Shown here: positions 12,301 through 25,069 of the stretch, piece by piece
How the letters are laid out: the number at the start of each line of letters is the position of its first letter
Position numbering within the stretch: the first letter of the stretch is position 1
Source: the human T2T-CHM13v2.0 reference genome, Homo sapiens
DNA: 64,000 bases
Assembly (NCBI RefSeq): GCF_009914755.1
Contig: NC_060925.1
Reading direction: 5' to 3' (one strand)
Notes under the pieces: generated by a model
The model's database searches: none
The model's input: only the letters and a program-made list of their open reading frames with translations
Told to the model about the DNA's origin: nothing
Translations under genes and position numbers: made by a program

Positions 12301-15300
12301 CATTTAGAGGGAGCAGATTTGAAACACTGTTTTTGTGGAATTTGCAAGTGGAGATTTCAAGCGCTTTGGGGCCAAAGGCAGAAAAGGATATATCTTCGTA
12401 TAAAAACTAGACAGAATCATTCTCAGAAACTGCTGCGTGATGTGTGCGTTCAACTCTCAGAGTTTAACTTTTCTTTTCATTCAGCCGTTTGGAAACACTC
12501 TGTTTGTAAAGTCTGCACGTGGATATTTTGACCACTTAGAGGCCTTCGTTGGAAACGGGTTTTTTTCATGTAAGGCTAGACAGAAGAATTCCCAGTAACT
12601 TCCTTGTGTTGTGTGCATTCAACTCACAGAGTTGAACGTTCCCTTAGACAGAGCAGATTTGAAACACTCTGTTTGCGCAATTTGCAAGTGTAGATTTCAA
12701 GCGCTTTCAGGTCAATGGCAGAAAAGGAAATATCTTCGTTTCAAAACTAGACAGAATCATTCCCACAAGCTGCGTTGTGATGTGTTCGTTCAACTCACAG
12801 AGTTTAACCTTTCTGTTCATAGAGCAGTTAGGAAACCCTCTGTTTGTAAAGTCTGCAAGTGGATATTCAGACCTCTTTGAGGCTTTCGTTGGAAACGGGA
12901 TTTCCTCATATTCTGCTAGACAGAAGAATTCTCAGAAACTTCCTTGTGTTGTGTGTATTCAACTCACAGAGTTGAACGATCCTTTACACAGAGCAGACTT
13001 GAAACACTCTTTTTGTGGAATTTGCAAGTGGAGATTTCAGCCGCTTTGAGGTCAATGGTAGAAAAAGAAATATGTTCGTATAGAAACAAGACAGAATGAT
13101 TCTCAGAAACTCCTTTGTGATGTGTGCGTTCAACTCACAGGGTTTAAACTTTCTTTTCATAGAGCAGTTAGGAAACACTCTGTTTGTAAAGTCTGCAAGT
13201 GGATATTCAGACCTCTTTGAGGAAATTGTTGGAAACGGGATTTCTTCACATTCTGCTAGACAGAAGAATTCTCAGTAACTTCCTTGTGTTGTGTGTATTC
13301 AACTGACAGAGCTGAACTTTCATTTAGAGAGAGCACATTTGAAACACTGTTTTTGTGGAATTTGCAAGTGGAGATTTCAAACGCTTTGGGGCCAAAGGCA
13401 GAAAAGGAAATATCTTCGTATAAAAACTAGACAGAATCATTCTCAGAAACTGTGGCGTGATGTGTGCGTTCAACTCTCAGAGTTTAACTTTTCTTTTCAT
13501 TCAGCGGTTTGGAAACACTCTGTTTGTAAAGTCTGCACGTGGATATTTTGACCACTTAGAGGCCTTCGTTGGAAACGGGGTTTTTTCATATTCTGCTAGA
13601 CAGAAGAATTCTCAGTAACTTCCTTGTGTTGTGTGTATTCAACTCACAGAGTTGAACGATCCTTTACACAGAGCAGACTTGAAACACTCTTTTTGTGGAA
13701 TTTGCAAGTGGAGATTTCAGCCGCTTTGAGGTCAATGGTAGAAAAGGAAACTATCTTCGTATAAAGACTAGACAGAATGATTCTCAGAAAATCCTTTGTG
13801 ATGTGTGCGTTCAACTCACAGAGTTTAACTTTTCTTTTCATCGAGCAGTTAGGAAACACTCTGTTTGTAAAGTCTGCAAGTGGATATTCAGACGTCTTTG
13901 AGGCCTTCGTTGGAAACGGGATTTCTTCATATTATGCTAGACAGAAGAATTCTCAGTAACTTCCTTGTGTTGTGTGTATTCAACTGACAGAGTTGAACTT
14001 TCATTTAGAGAGAGCAGATTTGAAACACTGTTTTTGTGGAATTTGCAAGTGGAGATTTCAAGCGCTTTGGGGCCAAAGGCAGAAAAGGAAATATCTTCGT
14101 ATAAAAACTAGACAGAATCATTCTCAGAAACTGCTGCGTGATGTGTGCGTTCAACTCTCAGAGTTTAACTTTTCTTTTCATTCAGCGGTTTGGAAACACT
14201 CTGTTTGTAAAGTCTGCACGTGGATATTTTGACCACTTAGAGGCCTTCGTTGGAAACGGGTTTTTTTCATGTAAGGCTAGACAGAAGAATTCCCAGTAAC
14301 TTCCTTGTGTTGTGTGCATTCAACTCACATAGTTGAACGTTCCCTTAGACAGAGCAGATTTGAAACACTCTATTTGTGCAATTTGCAAGTGTAGATTTCA
14401 AGCGCTTTAAGGTCAATGGCAGAAAAGGAAATATCTTCGTTTCAAAACTAGACAGAATCATTCCCACAAACTGCGTTGTGATGTGTTCGTTCAACTCACA
14501 GAGTTTAACCTTTGTGTTCTTAGAGCAGTTAGGAAACACTCTGTTTGTAAAGTCTGTAAGTGGATATTCTGACATCCTGTGGCCTTCGTTGGAAACGGGA
14601 TTTCTTCATATTCTGCTAGACAGAAGAATTCTCAGTAACTTCCTTGTGTTGTGTGTATTCAACTCACAGAGTTGAACGATCCTTTACACAGAGCAGACTT
14701 GAAACACTCTTTTTGTGGAATTTGCAAGTGGAGATTTCAGCCGCTTTGAGGTCAATAGTAGAAAAGGAAATATCTTCGTAGAAAAACTAGACAGAATGAT
14801 TCTCAGAAACTCCTTTGTGATGTGTGTGTTCAACTCACAGAGTTTAACCTTTCTTTTCATAGAGCAGTTAGTAAACACTCTGTTTATAAAGTCTGCAAGT
14901 GGATATTCAGACCCCTTTGGGGCCTTCGTTGGAAACGGGGTTTCTTCATATTCTGCTAGACAGAAGAATTCTCAGTAACTTCCTTGTGTTGTGTGTATTC
15001 AACTGTCAGAGTTGAACTTTCATTTAGAGAGAGCACATTTGAAACACTGTTTCTGTGGAATTTGCAAGTGGAGATTTCAAACGCTTTGGGGCCAAAGGCA
15101 GAAAAGGAAATATCTTCGTATAAAAACTAGACAGAATCATTCTCAGAAACTGTGGCGTGATGTGTGCGTTCAACTCTCAGAGTTTAACTTTTCTTTTCAT
15201 TCAGCGGTTTGGAAACACTCTGTTTGTAAAGTCTGCCCGTGGATATTTTGACCACTTAGAGGCCTTCGTTGGAAACGGGTTTTTTTCATGTAAGGCTAGA

Positions 15301-18300
15301 CAGAAGAATTCCCAGTAACTTCCTTGTGTTGTGTGCATTCAACTTACAGAGTTGAACGTTCCCTTAGACAGAGCAGATTTGAAACACTCTATTTGTGCAA
15401 TTTGCAAGTGTAGATTTCAAGCGCTTTAAGGTCAATGGCAGAAAAGGAAATATCTTCGTTTCAAAACTAGACAGAATCATTCCCACAAACTGCGTTGTGA
15501 TGTGTTCGTTCAACTCACAGAGTTTAACCTTTCTGTTCATAGATCAGTTAGGAAACACTCTGTTTGTAAAGTCTGTAAGTGGATATTCTGACATCTTGTG
15601 GCCTTCGTTGGAAACGGGATTTCTTCATATTCTGCTAGACAGAAGAATTCTCAGTAACTTCCTTGTGTTGTGTGTATTCAACTCACAGAGTTGAACGATC
15701 CTTTACACAGAGCAGACTTGAAACACTCTTTTTGTGGAATTTGCAAGTGGAGATTTCAGCCGCTTTGAAGTCAATGGTAGAAAAGGAAATATCTTCGTAT
15801 AAAGACTAGACAGAATGATTCTCAGAAACTCCTTTGTGATGTGTGCGTTCAACTCACAGAGTTTAACTTTTCTTTTCATAGAGCAGTTAGGAAACACTCT
15901 GTTTGTAAAGTGTGCAAGTGGATATTCAGACCTCTTTGAGGCCTTCGTTGGAAACGGGATTTCTTCATATTCTGCTAGACAGAAGAATTCTCAGTAACTT
16001 CCTTGTGTTGTGTGTATTGAACTCACAGAGTTGAACGATCCTTTACAGAGAGCAGACTTGAAACACTCTTTTTGTGGAATTTGCAAGTGGAGATCTCAGC
16101 CGCTTTGAGGTCAACGGTAGAATAGGAAATATCTTCCTATAGAAAGTAGACAGAATGATTCTCAGAAACTCCTTTGTGATGTGTGCGTTCAACTCACAGA
16201 GTTTAACCTTTCTTTTCATAGAGCAGTTAGGAAACACTCTGTTTGTAAAGTCTGCAAGTGGATATTCAGACCTCCTTGAGGCCTTCGTTGGAAACGGGAT
16301 TTCTTCATATTCTGCTAGACAGAAGAATTCTCAGTAACTTCCTTGTGTTGTGTGTATTCAACTCACAGAGTTGAACGATCCTTTACAGAGAGCAGACTTG
16401 AAACACTCTTTTTGTGGAATTTGCAAGTGGAGATTTCAGCCGCTTTGAGGTCAATGGTAGAAAAGGAAACTATCTTCGTATAAAGACTAGACAGAATGAT
16501 TCTCAGAAAATCCTCTGTGATGTGTGCGTTCAACTCACAGAGTTTAACTTTTCTTTTCATCGAGCAGTTAGGAAACACTCTGTTTGTAAAGTCTGCAAGT
16601 GGATATTCAGACCTCTTTGAGGCCTTCGTTGGAAACGGGATTTCTTCATATTATGCTAGACAGAAGAATTCTCAGTAACTTCCTTGTGTTGTGTGTATTC
16701 AACTGACAGAGTTGAACTTTCATTTAGAGAGAGCAGATTTGAAACACTGTTTTTGTGGAATTTGCAAGTGGAGATTTCAAGCGCTTTGGGGCCAAAGGCA
16801 GAAAAGGAAATATCTTCGTATAAAAACTAGACAGAATCATTCTCAGAAACTGCTGCGTGATGTGTGCGTTCAACTCTCAGAGTTTAACTTTTGTTTTCAT
16901 TCAGCGGTTTGGAAACACTCTGTTTGTAAAGTCTGCACGTGGATATTTTGACCACTTAGAGGCCTTCGTTGGAAACGGGTTTTTTTCATGTAAGGCTAGA
17001 CAGAAGAATTCCCAGTAACTTCATTGTGTTGTGTGCATTCAACTCACAGAGTTGAACGTTCCCTTAGACAGAGCAGATTTGAAACACTCTATTTATGCAA
17101 TTTGCAAGTGTAGATTTCAAGCGCTTTAAGGTCAATGGCAGAAAAGGAAATATCTTCGTTTCAAAACTAGACAGAATCATTCCCACAAACTGCGTTGTGA
17201 TGTGTTCGTTCAACTCACAGAGTTTAACCTTTCTGTTCATAGAGCCGTTAGGAAACACTCTGTTTGTAAAGTCTGTAAGTGGATATACTGACATCTTGTG
17301 GCCTTCGTTGGAAACGGGATTTCTTCATATTCTGCTAGACAGAAGAATTCTCAGTAACTTCCTTGTGTTGTCTGTATTCAACTCACAGAGTTGAACGATC
17401 CTTTACACAGAGCAGACTTGAAACACTCTTTTTGTGGAATTTGCAAGTGGAGATTTCAGCCGCTTTGTGGTCAATGGTAGAAAAGGAAACATCTTCGTAT
17501 AAAGACTAGACAGAATGATTCTCAGAAACTCCTTTGTGATGTGTGCGTTCAACTCACAGAGTTTAACTTTTCTTTTCATAGAGCAGTTAGGAAACACTCT
17601 GTTTGTAAAGTCTGCAAGTGGATATTCAGACCTCTTTGAGGCCTTCGTTGGAAACGGGATTTCTTCGTATTATGCTAGACAGAATAATTCTCAGTAACTT
17701 CCTTGTGTTGTGTGTATTCAACTCAGAGTTGAACGAGCCTTTACAGAGAGCAGACTTGAAACACTCTTTTTGTGGAATTTGCAAGTGGAGATTTCAGCCG
17801 CTTTGAGGTCAATGGTAGAATAGGAAATATCTTCCTATAGAAACTAGACAGAATGATTCTCATAAACTCCTTTGTGATGTGTGCGTTTAACTCACAGAGT
17901 TTAACCTTTCTTTTCATAGAGCAGTTAGGAAACACTCTGTTTGCAAAGTATGCAAGTGGATATTCAGACCTCCTCCAGGCCTTCGTTGGAAACGGGATTT
18001 CTTCATATTCTGCTAGACAGAAGAAATCTCAGTAACTTCCTTGTGTTGTGTGTATTCAACTCACAGAGTTGAACGATCCTTTACAGAGAGCAGACTTGAA
18101 ACACTCTTTTTGTGGAATTTGGAAGTGGAGATTTCAGCCGCTTTGAGGTCAATGGTAAAATAGGAAATATCTTCCTATAGAAACTAGACAGAATGATTCT
18201 CAGAAACTCCTTTGTGTTGTGTGCGTTCAACTCACAGAGTTTAACCTTTCTTATCATAGAGCAGTTAGGAAACACTCTGTTTGTAAAGTCTGTAAGTGGA

Positions 18301-21300
18301 TATTCTGACATCTTGTGGCCTTCGTTGGAAACGGGATTTCTTCATATTCTGCTAGACAGAAGAATTCTCAGTAACTTCCTTGTGTTGTGTGTATTCAACT
18401 CACAGAGTTGAACGATCCTTTACACAGAGCTGACTTGAAACACTCTTTTTGTGGAATTTGCAAGTGGAGATTTCAGCCGCTTTGAGGTCAATGGTAGAAA
18501 AGGAAATATCTTCGTATAAAGACTAGACAGAATGATTCTCAGAAACTCCTTTGTGATGTGTGCGTTCAACTCACAGAGTTTAACCTTTCTTTTCATAGAG
18601 CAGTTAGGAAACACTCTGTTTGTAAAGTCTGCAAGTGGATATTCAGACCTCCTTGAGGCCTTCATTGGAAACGGGATTTCTTCATATTCTGCTAGACAGA
18701 AGAATTCTCAGTAACTTCCTTGTGTTGTGCGTATTCAACTCACAGAGTTGAACGATCCTTTACAGAGAGCAGACTTGAAACACTCTTTTTGTGGAATTTG
18801 CAAGTGGAGATTTCAGCCGCTTTGAGGTCAATGGTAGAATAGGAAATATCTTCATATAGAAACTAGACAGAATGATTCTCATAAACTCCTTTGTGATGTG
18901 TGCGTTCAACTCACAGAGTTTAACCTTTCTTTTCATAGAGCAGTTAGGAAACACTCTGTTTGTAAAGTCTGCAAGTGGATATTCTGACCTCTTTGAGGCC
19001 TTCGTTGGAAACGGGATTTCTTCATATTCTGCTAGACAGAAGAATTCTCAGTAACTTCCTTGTGTTGTGTGTATTCAACTCACAGAGTTGAACCATCCTT
19101 TACACAGAGCAGACTTGAAACACTCTTTTTGTGGAATTTGCAAGTGGAGATTTCAGCCGCTTTGAGGTCAATAGTAGAAAAGGAAATATCTTCGTAGAAA
19201 AACTAGACAGAATGATTCTCAGAAACTCCTTTGTGATGTGTGTGTTCAACTCACAGAGTTTAACCTTTCTTTTCATAGAGCAGTTAGTAAACACTCTGTT
19301 TATAAAGTCTGCAAGTGGATATTCAGACCCCTTTGAGGCCTTCGTTGGAAACGGGATTTCTTCATATTATGCTAGACAGAAGAATTCTCAGTAACTTCCT
19401 TGTGTTGTGTGTATTCAACTGACAGAGTTGAACTTTCATTTAGAGAGAGCAGATTTGAAACACTGTTTTTGTGGAATTTGCAAGTGGAGATTTCAAGCGC
19501 TTTGGGGCCAAAGGCAGAAAAGGAAATATCTCCGTATAAAAACTAGACAGAATCATTCTCAGAAACTGCTGCGTGATGTGTGCGTTCAACTCTCAGAGTT
19601 TAACTTTGCTTTTCATTCAGCGGTTTGGAAACACTCTGTTTGTAAAGTCTGCACGTGGATATTTTGACCACTTAGTGGCCTTCGTTGGAAACGGGTTTTT
19701 TTCATGTAAGGCTAGACAGAAGAATTCCGAGTAACTTCCTTGTGTTGTGTGCATTCAACTCACAGAGTTGAACGTTCCCTTAGACAGAGCAGATTTGAAA
19801 CACTCTATTTGTGCAATTTGCAAGTGTAGATTTCAAGCGCTTTAAGGTCAATTGCAGAAAAGGAAATATCTTCGTTTCAAAACTAGACAGAATCATTCCC
19901 ACAAACTGCGTTGTGATGTGTTCGTTCAACTCACAGAGTTTAACCTTTCTGTTCATAGAGCAGTTAGGAAACACTCTGTTTGTAAAGTCTGTAAGTGGAT
20001 ATTCTGACATCTTCTGGCCTTCGTTGGAAACGGGATTTCTTCATATTCTGCTCGACAGAAGAATTCTCAGTAACTTCCTTGTGTTGTGTGTATTCAACTC
20101 ACAGAGTTGAACGATCCTTTACACAGAGCAGACTTGAAACACTCTTTTTGTGGAATTTGCAAGTGGAGATTTCAGCCGCTTTGAGGTCAATGGTAGAAAA
20201 GGAAATATCTTCGTATAAAGACTAGACAGAATGATTCTCAGAAACTCCTTTGTGATGTGTGCGTTCAACTCACAGAGTTTAACCTTTCTTTTCATAGAGC
20301 AGTTAGGAAACACTCTGTTTGTAAAGTCTGCAAGTGGATATTCAGACCTCCTTGAGGCCTTCATTGGAAACGGGATTTCTTCATATTCTCCTAGACAGAA
20401 GAATTCTCAGTAACTTCCTTGTGTTGTGTGTATTCAACTCACAGAGTTGAACGATCCTTTACAGAGAGCAGACTTGAAACACTCTTTTTGTGCAATTTGC
20501 AAGTGGAGATTTCAGCCACTTTGAGGTCAATGGTAGAATAGGAAATATCTTCCTATAGAAACTAGACAGAATGATTCTCAGAAACTACTTTGTGATGTGT
20601 GCGTTCAACTCACAGAGTTTAAACTTTCTTTCCATAGAGCAGTTTGAAAACACTCTGTTTGTAAAGTCTGCAAGTGGATATTCAGACCTCTTTGAGGCCT
20701 TCGTTGGAAACGGGATTTCTTCATATTCTGCTAGACAGAAGAATTCTCAGTAACTCCCTTGTGTTGTGTGTATTCAACTCACAGAGTTGAACGATCCTTT
20801 ACACAGAGCAGACTTGAAACACTCTTTTTGTGGAATTTGCAAGTGCAGATTTCAGCCGCTTTGAGGTCAATAGTAGAAAAGGAAATATCTTCCTATAGAA
20901 ACTAGACAGAATGATTCTCAGAAACTCCGTTGTGATGTGTGTGTTCAACTCACAGAGTTTAACTTTTCTTTTCATAGAGCAGTTAGTAAACACTCTGTTT
21001 ATAAAGTCTGCAAGTGGATATTCAGACCCCTTTGAGGCCTTCGTTGAAAACGGGATTTCTTCATATTATGCTAGACAGAAGAATTCTCAGTAACTTCTTT
21101 CTGTTGTGTGTATTCAACTGACAGAGTTGAACTTTCATTTAGAGAGAGCAGATTTGAAACACTGTTTTTGTGGAATTTGCAAGTGGAGATTATAAGCGCT
21201 TTGGGGCCAAAGGCAGAAAAGGAAATATCTTCGTATAAAAACTAGACAGAATCATTCTCAGAAACTGCTGCGTGATGTGTGCGTTCAACTCTCAGAGTTT

Positions 21301-22050
21301 AACTTTTCTTTTCATTCAGCGGTTTGGAAACACTCTGTTTGTAAAGTCTGCACGTGGATATTTTGACCACTTAGAGGCCTTCGTTGGAAACTGGTTTTTT
21401 TCATGTAAGGCTAGACAGTAGAATTCCCAGTAACTTCCTTGTGTTGTGTGCATTCAACTCACAGAGTTGAACGTTCCCTTAGACAGAGCAGATTTGAAAC
21501 ACTCTATTTGTGCAATTTGCAAGTGTAGATTTCAAGCGCTTTAAGGTCAATGGCAGAAAAGGAAATATCTTCGTTTCAAAACTAGACAGAATCATTCCCA
21601 CAAACTGCGTTGTGATGTGTTCGTTCAACTCACAGAGTTTAACCTTTCTGTTCATAGAGCAGTTAGGAAACACTCTGTTTGTAAAGTCTGCAAGTGGATA
21701 TTCAGACCTCTTTGAGGCCTTCGTTGGAAACGGGATTTCTTCATATTCTGCTAGACAGAAGAATTCTCAGTAACTTCCTTGTGTTGTGTGTATTCAACTG
21801 ACAGAGTTGAACTTTCATTTAGAGAGAGCAGTTTTGAAACACTGTTTTTGTGGAATTTGCAAGTGGAGATTTCAAGCGCTTTGGGGCCAAAGGCAGAAAA
21901 GGAAATATCTTCGTATGAAAACTAGACAGAATCATTCTCAGAAACTGCTGCGTGATGTGTGCGTTCAACTCTCAGAGTTTAACTTTTCTTTTCATTCAGC
22001 GGTTTGGAAACACTCTGTTTGTAAAGTCTGCACGTGGATATTTTGACCAC

Positions 22051-22134
22051 TTAGACTTTAACCTTTCTTTTCATAGAGCAGTTAGTAAACACTCTGTTTA
22101 TAAAGTCTGCAAGTGGATATTCAGACCCCTTTGA
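22051..22134 (+). other. Out-of-register junction (ccacttaga|ctttaacc) giving a 419-bp unit; copy 1 of 3
   Basis: Successive B dimers start at 21786 and 22205, a spacing of 419 = 340+79. The B monomer stops just before its CENP-B box and resumes ~79 bp earlier in register, in an agtaaac/ttataaag-type monomer. Confidence 0.93.
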
Positions 22135-23824
22135 GGCCTTCGTTGGAAACGGGATTTCTTCATATTATGCTAGACAGAAGAATTCTCAGTAACTTCCTTG
22201 TGTTGTGTGTATTCAACTGACAGAGTTGAACTTTCATTTAGAGAGAGCAGATTTGAAACACTGTTTTTGTGGAATTTGCAAGTGGAGATTTCAAGCGCTT
22301 TGGGGCCAAAGGCAGAAAAGGAAATATCTTCGTATAAAAACTAGACAGAATCATTCTCAGAAACTGCTGCGTGATGTGTGCGTTCAACTCTCAGAGTTTA
22401 ACTTTTCTTTTCATTCAGCGGTTTGGAAACACTCTGTAAAGTCTGCACGTGGATATTTTGACCACTTAGAGGCCTTCGTTGGAAACGGGTTTTTTTCATG
22501 TAAGGCTAGACAGAAGAATTCCCAGTAACTTCCTTGTGTTGTGTGCATTCAACTCACAGAGTTAAACGTTTCCTTAGACAGAGCAGAATTGAAACACTCT
22601 ATTTGTGCAATTTGCAAGTGTAGATTTCAAGCGCTTTAAGGTCAATGGCAGAAAAGGAAATATCTTCGTTTCAAAACTAGACAGAATCATTCCCAGAAAC
22701 TGCGTTGTGATGTGTTCGTTCAACTCACAGAGTTTAACCTTTCTGTTCATAGAGCAGTTAGGAAACACTCTGTTTGTAAAGTCTGTAAGTGGATATTCTG
22801 ACATCATGTGGCCTTCGATGGAAACGGGATTTCTTCATATTCTGCTAGACAGAAGAATTCTCAGTAACTTCCTTGTGTTGTGTGCATTCAACTCACAGTG
22901 TTGAACGATCCTTTACAGAGAGCAGACTTGAAACTCTCTTTTTGTGGAATTTGCAATTGGAGATTTCAGCCGCTTTGAGGTCAATGGTAGAAAAGGAAAT
23001 ATCTTCGTATAAAGACTAGACAGAATGATTCTCAGAAACTCCTTTGTGATGTGTGCGTTCAACTCACAGAGTTTAACCTTTCTTTTCATAGAGCAGTTAG
23101 GAAACACTCTGTTTGTAAAGTCTGCAAGTGGATATTCAGACCTCCTTGAGGCCTTCGTTGGAAACGGGATTTCTTCATATTATGCTAGACAGAAGAATTC
23201 TCAGTAACTTCCTTGTGTTGTGTGTATTCAACTCACAGAGTTGAACGATCCTTTACAGAGAGCAGACTTGAAACACTCTTTTTGTGGAATTTGCAAGTGG
23301 AGATTTCAGCCGCTTTGAGGTCAATGGTAGAATAGGAAATATCTTCCTATAGAAACTAGACAGAATGATTCTCAGAAACTCCTTTGTGATGTGTGTGTTC
23401 AACTCACAGAGTTTAACCTTTCTTTTCATAGAGCAGTTAGGAAACACTCTGTTTGTAAAGTCTGCAAGTGGATATTCAGACCTCTTTGAGGCCTTCGTTG
23501 GAAACGGGATTTCTTCATATTCTGCTAGACAGAAGAATTCTCAGTAACTTCCTTGTGTTGTGTGTATTCAACTGACAGAGTTGAACTTTCATTTAGAGAG
23601 AGCAGATTTGAAACACTGTTTTTGTGGAATTTGCAAGTGGAGATTTCAAGCGCTTTGGGGCCAAAGGCAGAAAAGGAAATATCTTCGTATGAAAACTAGA
23701 CAGAATCATTCTCAGAAACTGCTGCGTGATGTGTGCGTTCAACTCTCAGAGTTTAACTTTTCTTTTCATTCAGCGGTTTGGAAACACTCTGTTTGTAAAG
23801 TCTGCACGTGGATATTTTGACCAC

Positions 23825-23908
23825 TTAGACTTTAACCTTTCTTTTCATAGAGCAGTTAGTAAACACTCTGTTTATAAAGTCTGCAAGTGGATATTCAGAC
23901 CCCTTTGA
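23825..23908 (+). other. Out-of-register junction, copy 2 of 3
   Basis: Same ccacttagactttaacc junction at 23829/23830; B dimers start at 23560 and 23979 (419 bp apart). Confidence 0.93.
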
Positions 23909-25069
23909 GGCCTTCGTTGGAAACGGGATTTCTTCATATTATGCTAGACAGAAGAATTCTCAGTAACTTCCTTGTGTTATGTGTATTCAACTGACAGAGT
24001 TGAACTTTCATTTAGAGAGAGCAGATTTGAAACACTGTTTTTGTGGAATTTGCAAGTGGAGATTTCAAGCTCTTTGGGGCCAAAGGCAGAAAAGGAAATA
24101 TCTTCGTATGAAAACTAGACAGAATCATTCTCAGAAACTGCTGCGTGATGTGTGCGTTGAACTCTCAGAGTTTAACTTTTCTTTTCATTCAGCGGTTTGG
24201 AAACACTCTGTTTGTAAAGTCTGCACGTGGATATTTTGACCACTTAGAGGCCTTCGTTGGAAACCGGTTTTTTTCATGTAAGCCTAGACAGAAGAATTCC
24301 CAGTAACTTCCTTGTGTTGTGTGCATTCAACTCACAGAGTTGAACGTTCCCTTAGACAGAGCAGATTTGAAACACTCTATTTGTGCAATTTGCAAGTGTA
24401 GATTTCAAGCGCATTAAGGTCAATGGCAGAAAAGGAAATATCTTCGTTTCAAAATTAGACAGAATCATTCCCACAAACTGCGTTGTGATGTGTTCGTTCA
24501 ACTCACAGAGTTTAACCTTTCTGTTCATATAGCAGTTAGGAAACACTCTCAAAAGTCTGTAAGTGGATATTCTGACATCTTGTGGCCTTCGTTGGAAACG
24601 GGATTTCTTCATATTCTGCTAGACAGAAGAATTCTCAGTAACTTCGTTGTGTTGTGTGTATTCAACTCACAGAGTTGAACGATCCTTTACAGAGAGCAGA
24701 CTTGAAACACTCTTTTTGTGGAATTTGCAAGTGGAGATTTCAGCGCTCTGAGGTCAATGGTAGAATAGGAAATATCTTCCTATAGAAACTAGACAGAATG
24801 ATTCTCAGAAACTCCTTTGTGATGTGTGCGTTCAACTCACAGAGTTTAACTTTTCTTTTCATAGAGCAGTTAGGAAACACTCTGTTTGTAAAGTCTGCAT
24901 GTGGATATTCAGACCTCTTTGAGGCCTTCGTTCGAAAAGGGATTTCTTCATATTATGCTAGACAGAATAATTCTCAGTAACTTCCTTGTGTTGTGTGTAT
25001 TCAACTCACAGAGTTGAACGATCCTTTACACAGAGCAGACTTGAAACACTCTTTTTGTGGAATTTGCAA

